From: Octopus sinensis
Taxonomy: Eukaryota
Direction of reading: 5' to 3'
Assembly (NCBI RefSeq): GCF_006345805.1
Contig: NC_043004.1
Coordinates: 744,001-808,000, forward strand
Length of the DNA stretch: 64,000 nt
Shown here: piece after piece, positions 11,216 to 23,614 of the stretch
Layout of the letters: every line of letters begins with the position of its first letter
Position numbering within the stretch: position 1 is the first letter of the stretch
Notes under the pieces: generated by a model
Databases searched by the model: none
What the model was told of the DNA's origin: nothing
Seen by the model: only the letters and a program-made list of their open reading frames with translations
Position numbers and translations under genes: made by a program

Positions 11216-11566
11216 CATTTAAAGAGATTCGTTGTGTCAGGCTGGAACAATGCGTGAAGGTACAAATTAAACTACAAGGAGAAAACAAAAGACAAAACAA
11301 AGCAACTAAGTTGCAATTTTGCCTTGTATTTCGATATTTCAAGGCTATAACCTTTTTTTTTCGGGACATTTGGATAAGCGAGGAATGGAACTCGCTAAAA
11401 TTGCAATGTTGTTTTGTTTTTGTTTTCTTTTCCTTTTGAAGCTAATTTTGTACCTTCTCGCGTTGTTCCAGCCTTATACGACAAATCTCTTTAAACATCA
11501 CTCAGTGCTTCATTAGAACTATTTCATTTTATGTGTGTCTGTATATATATATATATACGTATGCAC

Positions 11567-11643
<77 letters not shown>

Positions 11644-11762
11644 CGTATATATATACGTATATATATACGTATATATACGTATATATATACGTATATATAT
11701 ACGTATATATATATATATATACGTATATATATACGTATATATATATATACGTATGCATATAT

Positions 11763-11951
11763 ATTCTTTTTACTTGCTTCAGTCATTTGACTGCGGCCGT
11801 GCTGAAGCACCGCCTTTAGTCGAGCAAATAGACACCAGGGCTTATTCATTGTAAGCCGAGTACTTATTCTATCGTTCTCTTTTGCCGAGCCGCTAAGTTG
11901 CGGGGACGTAAATACATCAGCATCGGTTGCCAAGTGATGTTGGGGGAGACA

Positions 11952-12012
<61 letters not shown>

Positions 12013-12150
12013 ACACACACACACACACACATGCGACGAGCTTCTTTCAGTTTCCGTCTACCAAATCCACTCACAAGGCTTTGGTTGGCCCGAGGCTATA
12101 GTAGAAGACACTTGTCCAAGGTGTCACGCAGTGGACCTGAACTCGGAACC
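11763..12150 (-). mobile_element. SINE family A
   Basis: Tail, internal (CA)n and core all present. Confidence 0.9.
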
Positions 12151-12179
12151 ATACAAATATATACATACGTATACATACA

Positions 12180-12250
<71 letters not shown>

Positions 12251-12699
12251 GTATGTATTTGTGTGTGTGTATTTCTGTTTATGCTTACATCAGTTTAAAA
12301 AAAGCCTTGTTATTCATTTTGTGTTTCTTTTTATCCGATAATGTAGAGTTTCAACAAATGTCGATCGATGAAATAAAATTACTACCATTCTGAAATAAGT
12401 ATTAGAGTCAATATGATCGTGTAAAACCCTCGAAATCGGTGCTCCAGGATGGTCGCACCCTATATGCTACTCTCAATCATCAACGCTCGTTAATTGTGGT
12501 TTCTGAAGTCTGAACATTTCAGAAGACTTGATATAGGAAGTTGATACATGCAGGTATTTACAGAAGTATGAGAGATGTTAATGAAATGAAAAGAAAAAAA
12601 AAATCCCAATATACGTCACGCGGTCGACTTGTCAGGACATTAGATGAATCGAGAACAAATCTGATAGAAACTATAATAATAATAATAATAATAACAACA

Positions 12700-13045
12700 A
12701 TATGCTGGATCATATATATAGTGTGCCCAGCTGACAAGGTGTGCGATAAGGAAGAAAGAAAAGTTGATAGATATGACAGGTTAGCTTGGGAGGTAAAGCA
12801 GTTGTGGTCGAGGAAAAAGGTGGTAGTGGTATTAATAATTGTCAAGCCTTGGGAACAGTGATTAAAAACCTTGAGAAGTAGATGGAACAAATAGGGGCTA
12901 CAATAAGGGTGGAGCACTTGCAGAAAGCAGCACTGCTTGGAACCGATCGAATATACCGGAAGATGCTCGAAAAATAAGTAGTGAACAGCTGACACCGTAG
13001 TATATCTCCAGCGTTAGAAGCTGTGCAAAGGCAAGAACAACAACA
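12700..13045 (+). mobile_element. R4/Dong-clade LINE 3' end (REL endonuclease C-terminus + 3' UTR)
   Basis: IVCPADKVCDKEERKVDRYDRLAWEVKQLWS..VVVVLII then (shifted frame) LGTVIKNLEK*MEQIG..LQKAALLGTDRIYRKML. (TAA/CAA)n on both sides. Confidence 0.88.
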
Positions 13046-13326
13046 ACAACAATAATAATAATGATTTTTTCTTTAATATTTCTACCAGGACCCATTCATT
13101 TACACAATAAAAACGAATAGCTAAGTAGTGAAGGAAACACAGCACATTTATATGAAAACTAAGGGTCAGAGATGGTATACAATATTTTAAGACGTTAAAA
13201 AATTTAAGCTGTTCGTTTATAAGCAGGACCAGCCTTAGGAGGTGCGGAGCCAATGGAGAACAATTTTGGTGGGCCCCAGGTACCCAGTCAACTTGCACTA
13301 AGTGCGTATTTATGTGTATTTGTATG

Positions 13327-13374
<48 letters not shown>

Positions 13375-13412
13375 TGTATGTATGTATGTATGTATGTATG
13401 TATGTATGTATG

Positions 13413-13605
13413 TATTAGGCTGTCAAGAAAGTTCTTGCGGTTTTTAACCTTTAAATTCAGATGCACACATCTCAGCTCAAACAAAACTTTATTAATCGAA
13501 ATAAACACAATCAGAATCAACACACCAACGCGAAACAAGTATATTTATGCCAGTAGCGTAAAAATCCTGCGTTCTGGTGGCGATGAGGTCGTTGAAGGCG
13601 TATAT
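13413..13605 (-). mobile_element. mariner transposon 3' relic
   Basis: TA + TIR-like ttaggctgtcaagaaagttcttgcggtttt. Minus-strand AFNDLIATRTQDFYATGINILVSRW resembles the mariner transposase C-terminus. Confidence 0.8.
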
Positions 13606-14469
13606 AATATACACTTAAGTGAAATAAAAAAAAATTCCCCAAAATTTAAACATACTTATAGAAACTAACACACGCACACATATATACATATAATTCACCC
13701 ACATACATACTCTCACAGACACACAAATATTTTATCCCAAATCCCCATAAACATTCCCAAACATTCACATACAAACATACACTAAAAATGCTTACACTAA
13801 AAATATAATAAATTTCTTCAAATTCAGCGGTAGACCCAAGCAGTTTTGGATGAGGGTCTATCTTTTTTTGATATCTTGTGTCGCTAAAGTGTAGAAAACT
13901 TTTTTGAAAGACCATGTAGATTTTTCACTTTCTCGATTCAACTACATAATATTCGTATACAGAAGTTGCAATTTCGATTTAATTGAACCTCTTCAGTATG
14001 AAGTAATCTTAATTACATTACATTGTTTACATAACATTATGGAAGAAAGAGAGAGAGGGGGGAGGGACGGAGGGACGGAGGAAAGATGTATGTTAGAAGC
14101 ATTTCACTAAGATGAAGTTCATTAGCTGCTCATAAGTTGTTCGAAAATTGCACAAATTAATCGCATAAGCCGAATAACTTGATTATATAAAAGCAAATAT
14201 AATTTTAAAAGGAAATAATTTTAAGAAATAAAAAAGCAAAAAAAAAAAAATAATTCAATAGGTTAGCCTCACCCTTAAATGGGTGAGAACCTGCCAGGTA
14301 GATTAGGTCAGAGTACGCCACGACTGTGCTCGTATGTAGTTGGTCGTAGTTCTGGTGTAACCAAAAGTACCAGTAAACATTTTCTGCGTTGGAGATAAAC
14401 GAAAAGCGTCCAATATCGAATAGGACCATGCTAACCTTGTGTCTTTTAGTAAAAATAATCCTCGATGTT

Positions 14470-14545
14470 CATACAAAGAGAACCCCGTTGTACCAGCAAT
14501 TTGATCTCTTTGAAAGTCCGATAGATCTGTCATTTTAATGAATTT
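14470..14545 (-). mobile_element. Tc1-like transposase N-terminal relic
   Basis: MTDLSDFQRDQIAG resembles the MGDLSDFxRGQIVG start of Tc1-type transposases. The match is short. Confidence 0.4.
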
Positions 14546-14717
14546 TAATTACCTTTTTCTGATGATATCTGCAAAGAAACAATGATTTTAGCAAAACATA
14601 TTAAGCAACACTAATAATAAATCAAAAATCATAAAAATAAACAAGTTCTTGACGGTTTTATAGATATTTCAAAATTATGATACTATGATGCTAGGTGTTT
14701 CCATTTTGTCCAACCCT

Positions 14718-14761
<44 letters not shown>

Positions 14762-14852
14762 CTTTTTCAGTTCCCGAGCGTTAAACTAATACATCTGTTT
14801 GTTGACTACACCACCTGTCTTTGTCTTTTGTTTGTTTGTGAATTCTCCACTA
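14762..14852 (+). repeat. Truncated copy of the HHR-like repeat at 30635-30800
   Basis: Shares tttcagttcccgagcgttaaactaatacatctgtttgtt...acaccacctgtct; the HHR-like part is absent. Confidence 0.75.
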
Positions 14853-14895
14853 TATATATATATATATATATATATAAATATATAAATATATATGT

Positions 14896-15100
14896 TTTGT
14901 GTGTCTGTGTTTTCTCCCCGACCATCACTTGACAACCGATGTTGGTATGTTTACGTCCCTGTAACTTAGCAGTTCGGCAAAAGAGCCGATAGAATAAGTA
15001 CTAGGCTTACAAAGAATAAGTCCTGCAGTCGATTTGTTCGAATAAAAGAGGTGCCCCAGCATAGCCGCAGTCAATAGACTGAAACAAATAAAAGAATAAA
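14896..15100 (+). mobile_element. SINE family A, 3' half
   Basis: Tail alignment. Confidence 0.88.
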
Positions 15101-15126
15101 AGAATACATACTTATGTGTGTATTTT

Positions 15127-15201
<75 letters not shown>

Positions 15202-15218
15202 AATATATATGTAGAAAG

Positions 15219-15249
<31 letters not shown>

Positions 15250-15986
15250 AAGTGAAAGATTCTTAACTAAATCTAACTAACCGTATAACAGAAGGAAATT
15301 ACTATGTTGAATGCAAAAGTTGTCGATTGTAGATCAATAAAACCGCCATATTTCAGTAGATACACACACACATATACACACACACTCACACATTTCCCCT
15401 CACTCTCTCTCTCTCTCTCTCTAGCCACACAGAAGAGACAATATCTCATTATCGTCTTGCATAAATTTTTGTATCCCGATCCATCTCAAACTTACTCGTT
15501 AAACGCAGTTGCCTGACATTGTTTACGAGAGCTAATTTTCAGAATCATTTTACAGTCTCTCAATTATTCTTGTGATGAGATTGCACGCTTATATATCGTT
15601 ACCTTGGAAACCTATCGTATTTCTAGAAATGGAATCAGAGTCTATGTTTTTGCTGAATATCTTGCTGTCATTTCATCATTTTCCAGTCGGTGGTTCGCCG
15701 GACTGGCTCTATATAATGTGAGAAAACTCAAATATTTATCATCGTCTGGCCTCAATTAAAAGCGTCTGCTTCGAGCCTTAAGACCCGTCTCGTCTGCTTG
15801 TAGAAGATTTTGATAGAAGCAAACGAGGTGGTCTCTGACTGGACGCTTGATCTATTCAAATAACAGCCAAATATTTTCTCTACAACTCATTCCTTACCGT
15901 CTTTTAAAAAATAAAGGAAGACACATTGGATAAAATAATTTCATCCAATGTACACATACACACACACACACACACATATATATATA

Positions 15987-16145
15987 ATAGGTGCAGGCGT
16001 GGCTGTTTAGTAAGAAGCTTGCTTCCCAACCACATGATTCCGAATTCCGGTCTTCTGCTGCGTGGGCAAGTGTTTTCTACTTTAGCTTCAGGCCGATCGA
16101 AGTCTTGTGAATGGATTTGGGTGATGGAAACTGAAAGAAGCCTTT
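15987..16145 (+). mobile_element. SINE family A, 5' half
   Basis: ggcgtggctgtttagtaagaag head plus core. Confidence 0.85.
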
Positions 16146-16470
16146 CACCTATTTTGAATATGCATAAGAAAGCTCCTACTCTATTATATCGGCTACAGCC
16201 TTAATGATGCCAACTGACGATACTAGTCTTTTAGATTCGCACCAAGCTGTGTAAGGATAAATGTAAGGATAAATATAATAATAGCAATAATAATCCTGGA
16301 GTGGAATTTATAAATAGTTTAATGCATCGCTACACACGTTTCCACAAATTACATGCTTCTTAAGATCATAGTCCGTATTCTTGGGATGATTACAGAGTAG
16401 TCCGTTGTATCCATGGACATCGGGTGGATCATGTTCATGCATTCATTTCTTCGGGCGAAAGAAAAAAAAC

Positions 16471-16537
16471 ACATGATCTACCCGATATCAATGGATACTG
16501 CGGACTGCAGTATCCATTGATATCGGGTAGATCATGT
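16471..16537. repeat. Perfect 31-bp inverted repeat with 5-nt loop
   Basis: acatgatctacccgatatcaatggatactgc-ggact-gcagtatccattgatatcgggtagatcatgt. Confidence 0.95.
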
Positions 16538-17274
16538 TTTTTTTTCATAGAATTTCACCTTTTCCGCTTTATTTCTATCCCCAAATGTTTTATTTTTTAA
16601 TATTTAGCACTATGTCTTTCTCCATTTCTAAGTTAAGGGTAAAAATAAAGCAACCCTGCAAAACATAACTGATCTTTACACATACAGACGCACAGGATAA
16701 CAGCAATCAAATAACCACAGCGTGCCCACAACAATCATCAGCGATCTGACTGTCGCCTGTACTCTTAACAAGAGATACCAGTTAGTCTTTTGCACCTACT
16801 AGACTCGTTCGTATTAGTCCGAGTTGCTGGATAATATTTCGTTCCTTTAAGAATATTGTTGAACGGAAACTTTTCATAGATTGGAATTTAAATACTAATC
16901 TCTATAGAAATTCATTGTTTCAGAAAAACATAGAATTTGAATTACTTTTAACTTTTACGATTATAGATAACAACTCGGGCTGTAACTTCTGGACCCGAGT
17001 CAGGTGAACGATGTCCACAGAACGTCAGCTACGAATGATATTTTTTGACATAGGGCACTTCTAAGACGACCACCAGACGCTAAAAATAAATGAAGTGCGA
17101 CCTGGCTCAATAAAAGAGACCCGAGTTACTGGCTGCAATTACATATTTGAAGTCAGTGTTCGCAGAAATTAAATCAGCTTGAAAATAACGTTCACTTTAC
17201 TAAATTTATACTCGGGCTAAACCCGAACAGCTCGAGTGCCGGAGTCGCCACTGATATATATATATATATAATTC

Positions 17275-17720
17275 AATTAGAAGTTATGTTTGCCTCATGA
17301 AGGGATGGTTTCATCCAAGGAAATACTGGTCCAATATCTAATATTTTTGAGGAGAGATTAATATCCATAAAATAATTGGTTTATATATAAACCATGATTT
17401 ATATTCAGGCAAATGAATAATAAGAAAATGGAGATATTGAAGTTAATAAGAATTTATTATGAGCAAAAAATCGATCATTATCCCTTACAGCTGTTTCAAT
17501 TAAGCTCAGTGAAGTTAAATAAATATTAAAATATTCCTGAGCATAATCTCTTCAGAGGGATAAAAAGATATGCCCTTAGATATTTTGTGTTAGTTTGTAG
17601 AATCATCACGGCAGATTGAATAATACTGTTTATGATTAAAGTGGTATATGTCTAGGAGAGGGGTTACATGTCTGTTGTGGGTAAGATATAGTATGTAAAA
17701 TATGTAAATATAATTAGGGT
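17275..17720 (-). mobile_element. HHR-bearing AT-rich repeat (Penelope pLTR-like / retrozyme-like)
   Basis: Contains the intact HHR. Related fragments at 18745-18815 (+) and 49450-49950 (+). Confidence 0.6.
17478..17563 (-). ncRNA. Intact type I hammerhead ribozyme
   Basis: Minus strand: ttatccct-CTGAAGA-gattatgctcag[27-nt loop]ctgagcttaatt-GAAA-C[AGCT]G-TA/agggataa. Stem I 8/8, stem II 11/12, all core nucleotides canonical. Confidence 0.88.
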
Positions 17721-18082
17721 AATAAAGAGTAAAGAAACAGATTAATGAGTAAATTACAATTTAAATAAAGAACAATATGAATGAGGCGAGAAAATAAATT
17801 ATCACATTTGTAGGTTGCATATAAAATTGAGAAAACCTATCTATATATAAATACACACATTCATGCTAATGCACGAATATACATTCATCTGTTAATTCAG
17901 TGTGTATATATATATATATATACGCACACACACACGGAATTCAAAATTAGTTACAAACATTTACACGTATACACATATATATCGTATCATCTATACACAC
18001 AATATATCATCGCACATATGTATATTTACACTTATGTACACACACACACACACACACAGACACACGCACACACACATATATA

Positions 18083-18535
18083 CTCTTTTACTTGTTTCAG
18101 TCATTTGACTGTGGCCATGCTGGAGCACCGCCTTTAGTCGAGCATATCGATCCCAGAACTTATTCTTTGTTAGCCTAGTACTTATTCTATCAGTCTCTTT
18201 TGCCGAACCGCTAAGTTACGGGGACATAAACACACCAGCATCGGTTGTCAAGCAATGTTGTGGGGACAAACGCAGGCACACAAATATGTACACGTACATA
18301 TACATATATACGATGGGCTTCTTTCTGTTCCCGTCTACCAAATCAAATCCACTCACAAGGCTTTGGTTGGCCCGAGGTTATAGTAGAAGACTATAGTAGA
18401 ATCCATGAAAAGTTTCCGTTCTACAATATTCATTAAGGAACGAAAAATTATCCATCAACTCGGACTAATACGAACGAGTCCAGTGGGACTGAACCCGGAA
18501 CCATGTGGTTGGTGAGCAAGCTACATACCCCACAG
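18083..18535 (-). mobile_element. SINE family A interrupted by an 81-bp templated insert
   Basis: About 19 nt of the core are replaced by 18392-18480. Confidence 0.85.
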
Positions 18536-18659
18536 CAATTCCTACGCCATGCAAGCATTTATCAGTATTCAACGTTGACTTGTGCGTTTCCATTTACAAA
18601 TACTTGCACACACACTCTCACACACATATATATGTGTATATATGCATGCACATACGTAT

Positions 18660-18968
18660 ACATAAAAATACACATAATATATATATATATATGTATATAT
18701 ATGTATGTACTTATATATATATATATACATACACGCACATACGCATATATCGATATTTTGCTGATAAGCTCTTATTAACATCAATATCTCCATTATGTTA
18801 TTTTTCATTTGCATGTATATACATGCATACATGCATACATACATACATACATACATGCACACATACATACATATATATATACATACATTATATATATATA
18901 CATACATATATATACAGACATATATGTATATATATATATATATACATACATACATACATATATATACA

Positions 18969-19052
<84 letters not shown>

Positions 19053-19250
19053 CATACATGCATGCATACATATATATATACACACATTCATACATATATA
19101 TGTATACATATATATACATATATATATATATTTACGTACGTACGTATGTATGTACGTGTGTGTGTGTGTATGTATGTATGTATGTATGTATGTACGTATG
19201 TATGTATGTATGTATGTATGTATGTATGTATGTATGTATGTATGTATGTA
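18660..19250. repeat. Compound (TA)n/(CATA)n/(ATGT)n microsatellite
   Basis: Direct inspection. Confidence 0.95.
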
Positions 19251-20760
19251 GAAAGTAGAAAGTGGAACACAGGTTAGGGCAGAAAATGTTAAGCAAGTAT
19301 GCGTATATCTCCGCGTAAGAAACTGTCAGCACTTAAATGCAAAAGTTTTGGTTTTTCGTATTCGAATTAAGTCTATGCTAAGAATAAATACTGCTAATGA
19401 TTTAACCCAAAATATTGTTTTCCATTATATTTACAACCGAATTCGATGCTATATTTATTCTCCGCTTACAGATGTAATTCGTTTTATTCACGATTTGAGA
19501 GATGAAAAATGCTATATGTACACTTGTGTTTATATATAGTTTGGGTTATCAGATATATTCGTTCGATTTTTTTTTCTACAGACATATGTCTGTAGAGGTA
19601 AAGTTTATTCAATTTCAAAAATGATAAGCAAAAGTGGTAAAAGAAGAATAGGAACCATAAAATACTACGATAAAAATATTTTTTATCCGTTGTGTTAATT
19701 CAAATAACACTGGAAATTGGAAAAAAAAAGAAGGGAAAAAACGGACAAAAACCAATTTTTTACACTACCCAATATTTACGATTTTAAAACCTATAGTAAG
19801 TAAAGGATATAAAGTCATTACTTTCGGAGGTGTCACAAAAATTTCCCATGTCAGGCGAGAGAGCTTTTCTCACGTCACTCATGATTTCGGAAAGGCGGCA
19901 AACATGTTTGAGAAAACTGAAGTCTTCACAAAATACCGAAAATCATTTAGTGTTGACCTCGTCTTTCGTAGTCTTCGCAGCCGATTAAATCATCAGCAGT
20001 AATACCTTAAGGTCGATTCAGTCGACTACTATATTTTTTTTCTGCTTCAATAATTGATTTGCGTCTAAGTAATTAAAGGAACAATGACAAAGCAAAAATT
20101 ATATATGAAACTAAGATGTTGTCTATACAATGACAAGTATTTGTATGTACCCCATCCCTACCAAAACAAGCATAAATATTCTTTTATGTAATTTACACTG
20201 AACAATCCGCAGTAAATTATAACGTGTTGAATAATATATGTGCATAAGTCCCAAGCGCTTCCCAGAAAATATAAAAACAAAATGGAGAAAGAAAACTGCT
20301 ACATCATGTTTGAACAAAAGCGAGGTTTAATATCGTCTATTTTGTTTTTGATGGAAGAGACATTAACACATACATACTTACTCATATAATAAAACTATGC
20401 CCAAAATTGTTTTTCTCTACGCGTCACTGAGACTTGGAGATTTTGAAAGGAATTAACTTGATAGCTTTTAAAACCTTTGACTCAGCAACTTTTTATTCTG
20501 TTTTATATACGGGTGGATTAACGCCTCAATTTTTTTCTTTTCTTTCTAACATTAAATGGGTTTGTACTGACAACTATTCAATACCATCTCTGTGTCTTTT
20601 GTCTTCGGATATATTGGTTCTAAATCGACACAAGTTTACAGACTCACAAGGAACAAGAACCATGTGTATGTGTGTGCGGGTGTTTATGTTTGTTTGTTTG
20701 TGTGTGTGTGTTTATGTTTGCGTGTATGCTAGATAGCGATAGATACAGATAAATAGAGAA

Positions 20761-20839
20761 AACTGGAGATAAACAGATAGATAGCTAGCTAAATATATAG
20801 ACAGACCGATAGATAGATAGATAGATAGATAAGATAGAT

Positions 20840-20902
<63 letters not shown>

Positions 20903-20925
20903 GTTTCTTTATTGGCCACAGAAAC

Positions 20926-20988
<63 letters not shown>

Positions 20989-21059
20989 ATCTATCTTATC
21001 TATCTATCTATCGGTCTGTCTATATATTTAGCTATCTATCTATCTGTTTATCTCCAGTT
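20761..21059. repeat. About 140-bp near-perfect fold-back palindrome within a (GATA)n tract
   Basis: Arms 20761-20908 and 20920-21059 with loop ttattggccac. The arms differ by one substitution and two GATA units. The GATA tract continues to about 21310. Confidence 0.92.
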
Positions 21060-21280
21060 AAATAGATAGATAGATAGATAGATAGATAGGTAGATAGATA
21101 GATAGATAGATAGATAGATACGTAGATAGATTCGTAGATAATTAGATAAATAGATAGACTGAGAGATAGATACGGAGATAATTAGATAGATACGTAGATA
21201 ATTAGATAGATAAATAGATAGATAGACAGATAAATAGATAGATAGATAGATAGATAGATAGAAAGAGATACGTAGATAAT

Positions 21281-21311
<31 letters not shown>

Positions 21312-22439
21312 GGAGAGAGAGAGAGGAGAGAAAGAGAGATATCATGCCTTTCAAATTCTTTCAAAAACATATTGGTAACCTAAGTAAAGAGATATGATGA
21401 GAAACCGAAATTGTAACAGTGTTACCGATCAGGCCAGTCACTTGTTTATTTAAACTAATCGACTACTGAAGCCCTTTCGGAGGGAACAGAAGCATCCATA
21501 CTTGAAAACACGAATTGCTCGTGTTGTTTTCAACATGCTTTCAGAAGTTAACATGCAACAAGCAATTTGTTTCATTGCTCCTTTCAAATAACGGTCTTAA
21601 GCATGCGATAAACAAAATAAACAAAATGAATGAATTCAATTTAAATTTATCCTTTTATAAAAATCGAGGAAAAACCTTAAATCGAAGAGCGGGTTCAAAA
21701 TACATATTGCCAATAATTATATATGAAATATAATTCGATTAATACAATTAATACATTAAAAATTAAAATATTTTACAACAGTATATACGCATACTAAACC
21801 ATCAATATACATATATAACATCAAAATACACAGATGGATATACACAGACTACATACATATGCAGATATATATCATATATATGGTAAATACTGTGAGGCCT
21901 GATATGAATACATTTACATAAAAAATGGAAATATGTAATTTCTTAACTCTGCAGCAGTTTCCGGAAGCTAGGAGTTACGTAATAATCATAATGATCATAA
22001 TTAGCAGAGGAAATATGCAAGATGTCATGGGTATGTACTGGTAACCAGTACTGGTATGTAAGAAACTTTGTCGATAAGCAATGCCCTTTACCTTTTTACC
22101 CTTTTTTTGTACTCATTGAACCGTTATTTTGTAAAATGAAGCCTAAAAGGCATTAAGGCATTCAAGGCACCGTTCCCTTGCATGCATGAAGAAAATCTGA
22201 CAGTCAAAGTGCATTTTCTGGTTTTGTTCACAAACTATACGCGCACAACTGAGTGTGTCAGTGCATGTGATTGGCCAAAGGGTGTTTAATTGAGAGCATT
22301 GTTCACCGTTTGGGGAGTCAATGGGAAGAGCTGCAATCATCGTGTCATGGACACGCGCGCACGTGCGCACGCAACCGCAAACGCATCTACAGCCCAACAT
22401 TGCTCGGATTTGAAGCAAAAGGAAAGCATATGCCATTTC

Positions 22440-23251
22440 TAGTAACCTTTATGATAAAAGCGGCAAAAATCGACTAAATCGCCTGAAATCCACCAACTAT
22501 TTAACAAAAGTCAGTTTTGTAGGGTTCGCATGGTCGGTCTCAAAGTGATATGGTTTTGTCGATTTCTCCCAATACTTGTTAACTGCATTGACAAAAGGTC
22601 GTTAGTTTGACATTTAATGCAAACTTGATGTCCAACATCGATGTAGGAAAAAATCTATGTGAACTATATTACAGAAAAATCGGTTTGCTATGTGTGCCAC
22701 ATATGATGTAATTAACTGATTTTTTCCAGTAATAACGTATCCTATTGGAATCAAAAGGGCCATACAGCTCCTTGGAGCAGACATGATGCTCGCTGTGAAT
22801 TTCAAAAAAAAATTCCTGCCAATTTGTTAAAGATATTGTTGAAAATATGTCATCTTGAATTTGAACGCGATTTCCCAAAATGGCATGATTTTATCGATTT
22901 TTTCTGATGGTAAGTTATTGCATGGAAAACTAACGTCAGAATTAAGTTCCTTAGGGTAACATTAAACTTCACCATGAGTTTGGTGAAAATCGATTGCAAG
23001 TTGCGAAAACTACAACGGAAAATGTGTTGCATATGATAAGTTTAGATTCTCGACTCCATGTCGAATTTATCGATTTTTTTCAGAACTGGGGGAACTTTCA
23101 AAATTTTCGCTGCGTTAGTTTTGAATTATGACATTGGGCTATGTGTGTGTCAAGTTTCATCAGAATCGATTGAAAGCTGTGGTCAGGGTGAGGGTACAAC
23201 CTGACAGACACACAGACAGACAGACAAACTGCCTTTTATATATATAGAGAT
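22440..23251 (+). mobile_element. Non-autonomous Helitron-like element (HINE/Lep1-type architecture); 5' boundary uncertain
   Basis: Typical 3' end aagtttcatcagaatcgattgaaagctgtgg...(gaca)n..aactgccttttatatatatagagat. Internal repeated atttatcgattttt motif. Confidence 0.5.
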
Positions 23252-23567
23252 AATGAACGTAAATATTCTTCAGAACATTTTGTGGGCATTAAATTCTCGA
23301 ACCATTGACAAGACAGAGAAATTCTCCAATGTGTTTCCTTTTTACATTTTAGAAACACTCATTACTTACTTTATTTTATTGATAATTTTTCGTCTATATT
23401 AAATCTTTATAATATATAAATAGGCATTTCTGCTATCTAAAGGGTACATCGTTATTCAGAAAATTTCTTTATTATGTGAATGATATACATCGAGCCGTCC
23501 CAACTTCGTTCGACTTAGTTGAATATTTAACGTCCATAAAATATTCTAAAGAATAATTCTCTTTATT

Positions 23568-23614
<47 letters not shown>

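Noticed and set aside
14555-14600. CTGATGA…GAAAC hammerhead-like match
   Set aside because: No stem II or stem I pairing; same for matches near 19975, 29850, 32745, 45655 and 57875.
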